Positions 29,437 to 39,524 of a stretch of 64,000 nt of DNA are shown here, piece after piece. Source of the DNA: Macrostomum lignano (taxonomy: Eukaryota); assembly GCA_002269645.1 (NCBI GenBank), contig NIVC01002394.1:1-64000 (forward strand). Reading direction: 5' to 3'. Position numbers and translations under genes: made by a program. How positions within the stretch are numbered: the stretch's first letter is position 1; every line of letters starts with the position of its first letter. Below the pieces are notes generated by a model. It was not told the DNA's origin. It searched no databases and saw nothing but the letters and a program-made list of their open reading frames with translations.

Positions 29437-29670
29437 TAAGAGACTGAAGCCAAAATGATTCAGGAGACTGAAGCCAAAATGATTCAGGAGACTGAAGCCA
29501 AAATGATTCAGGAGACTGAAGCCAAAATGATTCAGCAGACTGAAGCCAAAATGGTTCAGGAGACTGAAGCCAAAATGATTCAGCAGACTGAAGCCAAAAT
29601 GGTTCAGGAGACTGAAGCCAAAATGATTCAGCAGACTGAAGCCAAAATGGTTCAGGAGACTGTAGCCAAA
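29437..29670. repeat. 24-bp minisatellite (~9.5 copies)
   Basis: Unit GAGACTGAAGCCAAAATGATTCAG. Confidence 0.92.
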
Positions 29671-30034
29671 TTTATTCAGCAGATAAGCAGAGGTTGTGAA
29701 AAAATAAAAAATAAATGACAGTGTGCTGTTCGTAAGCATAACTAAACAGATTTTCATTGCGTTAATAACTGATATCAGTTTGCAATCCAGATGCTCTGTT
29801 TAAGGTGTCCTTGACTGCGCACTACACGATCAAGTACTCGAGTTTTTCTGTTGGTGGGGGTGGGTGCGCTGGGGGGAGGGGCGAGCAGCACAGGACGGGT
29901 CCGCAATAGCCTGGGGGGTCTGTCTGAGCTGTGGGTTGGGGCGGCAGTGTGCGGGCGCTATAAACCCGAGGCTGTTGCTGAGTCTGCTCAGAGCCGACCT
30001 CAGTCTGATTCAAAATCTTCCCTTTGCGCCACCA

Positions 30035-32280
30035 ATGGCCGACGCAGAGATACAACCTGCGGCTTCATCGGCTGCAGCAGCGCCGGACGAGAAGTCCAAG
30101 TCCAAGTCGAAGTCCAAGTCGAAGTCGAAGTCCAAGTCCAAGAGACCGGATGATGCCGTGAAGCTGGGCTGCGGCGGGCTGTTTCGTCGGCGCAAAAAGA
30201 AGGCCGCCGCCTCGGACGCCGAGGCCGACGATGGAGACGCCTCGAAGGCGCCGATCGAGAAGCCAAAAAAGGAGGCCAAGCCGGTGGCCGGGGTCAAGGT
30301 GAGGATTGCAGCTGGCGTAAAATATTCTTGAAGAATCTCACTTTTAGAGGAGAAGCTCATATTAGAGGAAAACCTCATCCGTAGAGAATACAAGTAATCT
30401 CACCTGTAGAGAATAATCTCATCCGTAGAGAATAATCTCACCTGTAGAGAATAATCTCACTTGTAGAGAATAATCTCACTTGTAAAGACTTAATCTCACC
30501 TGTAGAGAATAATCTCACCTGTAGAGAATAATCTCACTTGTAGAGAATAATCTCACTTGTAAAGACTTAATCTCACCTGTAGAGAATAATCCCACCTGTA
30601 GAGAATAATCCCACCTGTAGAGAATAATCCCACCTGTAGAGAATAATTCCACCTGTAGAGAATAATCTCACCTGTAGAGAATAATCTCACCTGTAGAGGA
30701 GAATCTCACTTGTAGAGAATAATCTCACCTGTAGAGAATAATCCCACCTGTAGAGAATAATCTCACCTGTAGAGAATAATCTCACCTGTAGAGAATAATT
30801 CCACCTGTAGAGAATAATCTCACCTGTAGAGAATAATCTCACCTGTAGAGAATAATCTCACCTGTAGAGAATAATCTCACCTGTAGAGAATAATCTCACC
30901 TGTAGAGGAGAATCTCACCTGTAAAGGAGAATCTCACCTGTAAAGAATAATCTCACCTATGGAGAATAATCTCACCTGTAGAGGAGAATCTCACTTGTAG
31001 AGGAGAATATCACCTATGGAAAAGAATCAATGTAAGTGCCTTGTAGACTTGCAGAATAGTGAAGTAATGTACAATGTAATTGGAAAACATTTAATTAACT
31101 AGTTTTTATTGCGCCTATTCTCGCATAAGTATAAGCATGAGCTGTTCGGCAATTTAAGGTGAGTAGGTACTCACAGCTCATGCTAATTACATAGGCCATT
31201 ATGCTTTGGATAGCCGCGCAGTCATACAGGCGTGAGCTGACAGACATTGCAGTCCACCTTTACTCTCCCATCACGTGAAAAGGCTTTGTTGTTTGCATGC
31301 TTCAGCTAGCTCGTATGCGCAGCTAAAGTGAGAAGTTCATTTAAGTTCACTATTATTTCTCTGTTGAGTACTCTGGCAAACTACTCACAGTAGACTGGAA
31401 TGGTTTTCAGCATTATTTTTAGGAATAATTTTACAGACGATTTTAGTAATGCCAACATTTTTAATTTACATATACATGGTCTACTTTCTACTGCGTAAGT
31501 AGGCAATCATGAAAATGATAGTATTTTTGTTGAAATTATTTTTATCTGGCGCAGGACTCGTGTGTAAAAGAAATGCAAAAACCGGAAAACAGTGACGGGG
31601 CTCAGCCGGGGCAGCAGAAAGTTGATGATGAGGAATCGGTCAAGCCAGACCACGTGGCGGAGCAGGAGTCCAAGCTGGCTGCAGTAGACAAAGAGGCGCA
31701 ACAGCCTGAAGTGACTCCTGACAAAGAAACTGGACAACTTGAGGGGACACCTGACCGTGATGCTGAACAGCCTGAAGAGACTCCTGACCGTGACGCTGAA
31801 CAGTCTGAAGAGACTCCTGACCGTGACGCTGAACAGTCTGAAGAGACTCCTGACCGTGATGCTGAACAGCCTGAAGAGACTCCTGACCGTGACGCTGAAC
31901 AGTCTGAAGAGACTCCTGACCATGATGCTGAGCAGCCTGAAGAGACTCCTGACCGTGACGCTGAACAGCCTGAAGTAACTCCTGACTGTGACGCTGAACA
32001 GTCTGAAGAGACTCCTGACCATGATGCTGAGCAGCCTGAAGAGACTCCTGACCGTGATACTGAACAGCCTGAAGAGACTCCTGACCGTGATACTGAGCAG
32101 CCTGAAGTAACTCCTGACCGTGACGCTGAACAGCCTGAAGTAACTCCTGACTGTGACGCTGAACAGCCTGAAGTAACTCCTGACCGTGACGCTGAACAGC
32201 CTGAAGTAACTCCTGACTGTGACGCTGAACAGTCTGATGAAGAAACAGCTCTTGCTGCCGTTGTTGTAAGAACTCGATAG
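30035..32280 (+). CDS. Uncharacterised acidic repeat protein (~329 aa, 2 exons)
   Basis: Exon 30035-30298 (MADAEIQ...(KS)n...LGCGGLFRRRKKK...AGVK|GTGAGG) joins in phase 0 to exon 31555-32280, which carries ~15 copies of a 33-bp/11-aa unit EQPEETPDRDA. Confidence 0.7.
30395..31020. repeat. 19-bp minisatellite (intronic)
   Basis: Unit GAGAATAATCTCACCTGTA. Confidence 0.93.
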
Positions 32281-32713
32281 CTGATGACGTCATCAAAAAA
32301 GTGTGCGGCGAATTCTCTTTGAGTGAAGTGTGCTCACGATTAACTGTCTGACTTGATCAACCTAACCCTACTGAGTCCGATTGAGGTGACAGTTAAGCTG
32401 GTGCAGTTTTTTAGGCGAAAGCCATTGCCACGGTTAACAATTTTACGGAGTTGAATAGTTTTCTTCATAACAAATACCTCATACAGGGACTCCTTAAACA
32501 ACATCCCTGCATAATTCACAGCTAATATAGTATCACGTGATGTCTTTGATAATTTAAAAGATGAAACCAAGAACCTACATTAGTAAGTGAATCGATTGCA
32601 ACTTGATTAATCTTCTAACAATTATAGTGCTACAATATCGATTGCTGCCTGCTAGAGAGGTCTTTGTGCTTTGCAGTGCTTTGTAGAACATAACTACTCT
32701 TTAAGTTCAGAAA

Positions 32714-33525
32714 CTACTAACAGTAGCAATCGGTCACGTGACTCAAAGCTCTCGCCCGCCCCAGTAAAGACACTACTGACAGTAGCAATCGGTCACGTGA
32801 CTCAAAGCTCTCGCCCGCCCCAGTAAAGACACTACTGACAGTACCAATCGGTCACGTGACTCAAAGCTCTCGCCCGCCCCAGTAAAGACACTACTGACAG
32901 TAGCAATCGGTCACGTGACTCAAAGCTCTCGCCCGCCCCAGTAAAGACACTACTGACAGTACCAATCGGTCACGTGACTCAAAGCTCTCGCCCGCCCCAG
33001 TAAAGACACTACTGACAGTAGCAATCGGTCACGTGACTCAAAGCTCTCGCCCGCCCCAGTAAAGACACTACTGACAGTACCAATCGGTCACGTGACTCAA
33101 AGCTCTCGCCCGCCCCAGTAAAGACACTACTGACAGTACCAATCGGTCACGTGACTCACAGCTCTCGCCCGCCCCAGTAAAGACACTACTGTCAGTACCA
33201 ATCGGTCACGTGACTCAAAGCTCTCGCCCGCCCCAGTAAAGACACTACTGACAGTACCAATCGGTCACGTGACTCAAAGCTCTCGCCCGCCCCAGTAAAG
33301 ACACTACTGACAGTAGCAATCGGTCACGTGACTCAAAGCTCTCGCCCGCCCCAGTAAAGACACTACTGACAGTACCAATCGGTCACGTGACTCAAAGCTC
33401 TCGCCCGCCCCAGTAAAGACACTACTGACAGTAGCAATCGGTCACGTGACTCAAAGCTCTCGCCCGCCCCAGTAAAGACACTACTGACAGTACCAATCGG
33501 TCACGTGACTCAAAGCTCCCACCCG
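32714..33525. repeat. 59-bp tandem array (14 units) carrying CCAAT/GCAAT, GTCACGTGAC and GC-box motifs
   Basis: Unit CTACTGACAGTA(C/G)CAATCGGTCACGTGACTCAAAGCTCTCGCCCGCCCCAGTAAAGACA; it ends ~40 nt before the profilin ATG. Confidence 0.95.
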
Positions 33526-33562
33526 CCCCACCCTGCAGTGGGAGGACGGGCCGCACTCGCAG

Positions 33563-33952
33563 ATGTGGACGAACATCGTCAACAACAGCCTCGTTGGCAT
33601 CGGTGTCTTCAGCCGGGCCGCGGTCGCTAGCCTCGACAGCGGCGGCGTCTTCGCCAGCAATCCGACAGCGTTCGCGCCGACGCCAAGCCAGGTGGCGGCT
33701 CTGCGCGACAATTTCGACAGTCGGGGCGGCGCGCTGAGCTCGGGTTTCGGCGTCGGCAGCACCGTCTACCGGCTGCAGGAGGAGACCAGCTCGCCAGAGA
33801 TCCTGTGCGGGGTCAGCCAGGACGACACCGAGGGTCTGCTGGTGGCGCAGACCAACACTGCGCTGTTGTTTTGTGCCTACACCAAGGACCTGGATCAGGC
33901 TGCGGAGATGCTCGCCGAGCTGCGCAAAAGCTTCATCAGTCAGGGATGCTGA
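33563..33952 (+). CDS. Profilin family protein (129 aa, single coding exon)
   Basis: MWTNIVNNSLVG...RAAVAS.DSGGVFA...LLVAQTNTALLFCAY...LRKSFISQGC follows the profilin size and pattern. Confidence 0.8.
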   Translation: MWTNIVNNSLVGIGVFSRAAVASLDSGGVFASNPTAFAPTPSQVAALRDNFDSRGGALSSGFGVGSTVYRLQEETSSPEILCGVSQDDTEGLLVAQTNTALLFCAYTKDLDQAAEMLAELRKSFISQGC

Positions 33953-34433
33953 ACTGCTACTTTCAGTCTGAGGCGAGAATGTAGTTTTGAAGGGGCCGAC
34001 TAATAAATTAAGTAACTTTTTAATGTTTTACCGTTTCAAAATACTTGATTTCAGCCTTTAACTACTGCAAGTAAGAAGGCGAGCCGCTTTGAAGTGTTCA
34101 ACAAGTAATTTGAAAGCATGTGACATCTGTTTATAACTCTTGCTTCGAAATATTGCGCTAGATAAAATTAGTTGCGTTGCTTTTTTGCCATCTAATTGAC
34201 ACCATGCAACAGTACAGTACATCATAGCTGAATTAGTAGGCTTCAGTGTGTAAACCCTGAGCTCTCTTGTCCTATTCTGTAATTTTGATTCAGCTCAAAC
34301 ACTTTGAGGCTAAACTGCTCGATTCAGTTTTAATACACTGGTTATTGGCTTTTGAATTCATGCTCTCCTCTGTCATCGGAAATCATGTGTTAAACCTGAC
34401 TGCATGGTTTTTTTGAGTGTAGAGATGATGGAT

Positions 34434-34613
<180 letters not shown>

Positions 34614-34774
34614 GAATAGGATTATAATTAGCATTCCATTCTCCAGTGGAACTCTATGGTTCAAAGTGCACCACAGGCCGTGGCAAGCAGCAGATTGATT
34701 GATCGCACCCGAAAACCGCGCATTCGTCCTGGATTCGCCACTACTGCACTGCGAAGCGGAACAATTTAGGAGTC

Positions 34775-37700
34775 ATGCCGCTGTCACGTGAGCGACTGCC
34801 GCAGATTCTGTCGCTGCCCTACGGGCTGGCTGGCCGGGCCGCCAGCTTTCGAGGCATTTACGGCTCTCAGGTGGGGCGCGCGGCCCTGCCCAGGCAGAAG
34901 ATTCTCCTGCTTGGCAGCATGAGCGACAGTGCGTGAGTGCGAAGGATGGGGGAGAGCTTGCGCAAGTTTAATCTGCTGATGTCCCAGCACTAAGCGGTGC
35001 CAACACCAAGCAGCCTAATCTTCAATTTGGCAACGAAACGGGATGGCAGTGGCTTTAAAAATCATGCATTGTGGAGTATCAAGTTCAATATTGATCAAAT
35101 ACTTTCTTTCGCTTCACAGGATCCGCGAACCCCTTAACAGTCTCGGCTACGCCCAGACTGGTGACGAGACAGCTTCCAATGACCTGGCAACGGAAGCGGA
35201 CCAAAACAAACTCAATATTGTGATTACCTGTGCCGGCCAGAGTCACCCCCTGCTGTGTGAGCCAAAACTTTTAACAAGAGTGTTTCGCTTAAACATGTAT
35301 TTCATTTTTTCGATTACTTGGTTTTTGTCTGAAGGTAGCTACCTGACCCATCTCGCACCTGTCCCTCTCCGCTATCAGACGGTGTCCCAACTACCTGACC
35401 CAGTCTCGCACCTGTCCCTCTCCGCTATCAGACGGTGTCCCAACTACCTGACCCATCTCGCACCTGTCCCTCTCCGCTATCAGACGGTGTCCCAACTACC
35501 TGACCCATCTCGCACCTGTCCCTCTCCGCTATCAGACGGTGTCCCAACTACCTGACTCAGTCTCGAACCTGTCCCTCTCGTCTATCAGACGGTGTCCCAA
35601 CTACCTAATCCAGTCTCGCACCTGTCCCTCTCGTCTATCAGACGGTGTCCCAACTACCTGACCCAGTCTCGCACCTGTCCCTCTCCGCTATCAGACGGTG
35701 TCCCAACTACCTAATCCAGTCTCGCACCTGTCCCTCTCGTCTATCAGACGGTGTCCCAACTACCTAATCCAGTCTCGAACCTGTCCCTCTCGTCTATCAG
35801 ACGGTGTCCCAACTACCTGACCCATCTCGCACCTGTCCCTCTCCGCTATCAGACGGTCCTAACTACCTGATTCTCCGGCCGTACACCAGCCGCATGTACC
35901 GGATGTGCAGCAAGTGGCTTCTTGTCCGCTCTCTTCGCCAGGCTGAGGAGAAGATGCTGCAGAGAGGCCTCAGCTACTCAACAGGATCCGGGGACATTTT
36001 CAGTCACGAAGAGTTCACGCCATTCACAGTCAGCATGGCTGACGATAATTTAGAATCAGTTTTGAGTAGGTTGCATCCCCTTTTGACGGCATTTATACAG
36101 ACTTGAAACAAAAATCTGTGCAACTTCTTGCAGGAAATCACCCTGGCACCTACCTGGCGAAGACAGTTTCGTGAGTTTATTTAAAATTGGGATTCGGTCA
36201 GTTTGCTACTTTGTCGAGGGGGAGGTGGGCGCTGCCGCAATTCAAGGCCACAGTCGAACCGCAGGCAGTGAGTAGACCAGCAGTCATGCCCATTCCTCTG
36301 ACTCCTGACGACCTGAGCATATGCAAGCGCACCAATGCCTACTGTACTCATACACACGCTCACACAGGCTGAAAAACGGCCCTGACTTTCTAATCGTCAG
36401 GCATGTACCCTCGCTGTGCCTTTGGGTAGTTGGCCCTCATGGCTATGAATCGCACGACAACCCTCGGACATGCTTTGAGGTAGTCAACAAGTCAAGTCAA
36501 CAAATGACTTGAGTGTTACCTGTGCATGGTATTGCATGCACCTCATGCTTCGTACGTGCGCATGCAATACCAGAGTGTCGCTCGATTTCAGCGGCAGCAT
36601 GGGCAACAAGATACAGCTAGTGAGGATCCGACGCGACCACGTCCGGGAAGACCTGCTCAGCTTTTTGATCAGCAGCGAGTTTCAGGACATGCCCAGCGAT
36701 CAAGTCATCATGCAGCGCTACATTGAGCGGCCGCTGGTGGCCGACAAGCGCAAGTTCGACCTGCGAGTCTACATGCTGGTGATCAATGCTAAACGAGTTG
36801 GAACCGATTCCGCTTGCGGCGACGGTGCGTTCGTCTTTATATACCTGACCCATTCTCTCACCTGTCCGGCTCCACTATCAGTGTCCCAACTACCTGACCC
36901 ATTCTCTCACCTGTCCGGCTCCACTATCAGTGTCCCAACTACCTGACCCATTCTCTCACCTGTCCGGCTCCACTATCAGTGTCCCAACTACCTGACCCAT
37001 TCTCTCACCTGTCCGGCTCCACTATCAGTGTCCCAACTACCTGACCCATTCTTTCACCTGTCCGGCTCCACTATCAGTGTCCCAACTACCTGACCCAGTC
37101 TCGTACCTGTCTGTCTCCGCTATCAGACGGTGTCTTAACTATACCTGGTATAGTCTCAAACCTTGTACGCTCGATTAGTGCAATACCCTTTGAAAACTTT
37201 GCTTCCGTTTAAGCAAAAGCAAGGTGTAAATGATTGAAGGAACCACCTGAGGGAACCCTTTTAAGGAAATCTGCAATAAAGGTATCACTAAAAAAAGAAA
37301 TCCAAACGGAGGTAACTAAGTGAACCCGAACCAATCCATAGCCCAAAGGGAATTGCCTAAAAACCCCACGAGGAAGCCCACAATCGGAACCCAACAGAAA
37401 TGGCAAAGTCCCGTCTAGCCCGGCTCCCAGCTGATGCACAAGCATGCGCGCATCCGCAGCCAGTCAGCTGGGCTACTTCGTCTTCATGCACCCGGGCTTC
37501 GTGCGGTTCAGCTCGCTGCCCTACGACGCCGCCTCGCCGGACCTGGCCGTCCACCTCACCAACCAGAGCGTGCAGGCCAAGCAGACCAGGACGTTCAGCC
37601 AGCTCAAGGAGGTCACCACCTGGTTTCCGGACGAGCTCAACGACTACTTCAACAAGCGGCACCGGCTGCGGGATCGCGACTGGGCCAAGCGGGAGCTGTA

Positions 37701-38067
37701 CCCGAAGATCGGCGCCCTGCTAGGCTACGTGTCGGCCGTGTTCCGCTACTTCCTCGACGATCGCGACTGTCCGAGCAACGCGTTTCGCATCCTCGGCGTC
37801 GACTTTCTGATCGACGACGAGCTCCGAGTCTACCTGCTGGAGTTCAACGCCTACCCGGCCTGGGGCTGCCAGACCTCCGTGCTTGCCGAGCTGAAGCCCA
37901 GCCTGTGGCGCGAGGCCGTCTGCCTGTCCAGCGAGGTGGCGATTCGCTTCCGGAGCCGCCTGCCGGTGGCCGAGCAGCACCTCGTCACCAGGCAGGACTT
38001 CGGCCTGGTGTTCAGCTCCGAGGAGCCGGAACTGGCCCGGCGAAATGTTGCTAAGTTGTACAAATGA
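34775..38067 (+). CDS. TTLL10: Tubulin-tyrosine ligase-like protein, TTLL10-like (candidate glycylase)
   Basis: Phase-compatible exons 34775-34932, 35120-35256, 35853-36065, 36134-36170, 36592-36824 and 37460-38067. TTL motifs QRYIERPL...RKFDLRVY, HLTNQSVQ and GVDFLID...LLEFN. The segment PYD...DL..HLTNQ..Q.K...LKE.T.W...LN.Y resembles TTLL10. Confidence 0.82.
35339..35871. repeat. 52/53-bp minisatellite (~10 units) ending in the exon 3 acceptor of TTLL
   Basis: Unit ACCTGACCCATCTCGCACCTGTCCCTCTCCGCTATCAGACGGTGTCCCAACT. Confidence 0.95.
36841..37148. repeat. 49-bp minisatellite (~6 units), related to the 52-bp array, in a later TTLL intron
   Basis: Unit ACCTGACCCATTCTCTCACCTGTCCGGCTCCACTATCAGTGTCCCAACT. 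Confidence 0.93.
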
Positions 38068-38423
38068 GTGCTCAGCTGCACTGCTTGTCATTTTAATTAC
38101 TTGCACTTTTTTGACTCGGTCATTTCTTCTCTCAACTGTTCTTGATGCATAAATGACGCAGTTTATACAAATATGCGATATTGAAATCAGTTTGATTTTT
38201 AACTGGTGAAATGGCACATTATGATCTGATTACTTATTGACATTTCAATCACGAGCACTAATGATATGCATGTACATTTACATGTATCTGATGGTTGCAC
38301 GAATTCCAAAAGCCATTTAAACAATATTAGATGCTGGCAAAGACTACTCAAGTAAGGACGGCAAACCACGTCGTTTCTTGGAAACTTTTATTACGAGGCA
38401 GACTTTACCAGAAATTACATTAC

Positions 38424-39524
38424 TGTAGCGGACACATGTACTTTTGACAGAGCCAGCCACTGCTGCTCAAACTGTCTATGGCCCAAATAAACTCGAGCCG
38501 TAAAAGGCCCAGCCGCAGCACTTTATTAAAAGACAAGCGGTCTTCATCTCGCCGCACGCAAGCCGCTTCAGTGGTGAGCCCGACTATACTCAGCCGTAGC
38601 TGAGTATTTCAAGCTTTTCGCCCGTTGCCTCGTCACAGTTTCGGCCACCAGGTTTTCCGAGTCCAGCCAAAGCCATCGGCCACCTCGATCCCTGCATCCG
38701 GCTCAGCGCTTCTGACTGGAGCCGCATCAAAGTGACCATGACCGATTCCTGGTCACTGCGGTTATGCAGTAGGTGAGCAGTGCACTCCGGGTAAAGGGCT
38801 CTCGCCTGCCAAAGTTTGCTTGCAACGCCCCACCCGACGCTGCGACGTCGATGCGGCTCACCTCGGCAACGCCTTGTCCCAGCAGCACAGGCGGACACGT
38901 CGGACGAAGCATCGGTGCACTTTTCTGCGCTGCAGGCCCCACCACGCTACCGACGGATCACCACCACAATGGCATACGTACCAGCAGCATCATCATCAGC
39001 ACAACCATCCACTGCTGCCGCTGCCCTCGGCCTCGAGGATGCTGGTGCCTATGACCTCAACTGTCCCACAACGCCACCGGCCCGCAGCTCGATCTATCAG
39101 CAGCGAAGTGCTCACACTTTTGGACAGTCCCTGAACAACTGCCATCGAGCCAGCCAAATACTCTGCACGCTTTCGATTTCTGTGCTACTAACAGTTTCAC
39201 ATTACCAATTTAGACGCCCCAACCCGGTCATCCACTGCCGGTGACCCTTTTCCAACCCAGTCGTTTCCATTGCGTTAGTGACAAAGTAATCGCAGCCGAC
39301 CCAGCCGTTTGCCACAGCAGCTGAGCTCCCGACGAGCACAATACAAGAGCAACATTGTCTGGCTCTGGGGGGAGTTGTGTAGTGGACACATGTACTTTTG
39401 ACAGAGCCAGCCACTGCTGCTCAAACTGTCTATGGCCCAAATAAACTCGAGCCGTAAAAGGCCCAGCCGCAGCACTTTATTAAAAGACAAGCGGTCTTCA
39501 TCTCGCCGCACGCAAGCCGCTTCA
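38424..39524 (+). mobile_element. Non-autonomous LTR retrotransposon (TRIM-like), 1101 bp
   Basis: 147-bp TG...CA LTRs at 38424-38570 and 39378-39524 with one difference seen. 4-bp TSD TTAC, PBS TGGTGAGCCCGAC at 38572, and PPT GGGGGGAG at ~39367-39374. Confidence 0.92.

Noticed and set aside
30035-30298. Resemblance of EKPKKEAKPV to an ABCB1 N-terminus
   Set aside because: No ABC transporter exons follow; the next phase-compatible exon is the acidic repeat.
32714-33525. CRISPR-like appearance of this and other regular arrays
   Set aside because: Units are head-to-tail with no unique spacers, there are no cas genes, and the context is eukaryotic.
38590-39370. ORFs inside the LTR element as gag/pol
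   Set aside because: No RT, integrase or gag motif was recognisable; the frames are short and overlapping.
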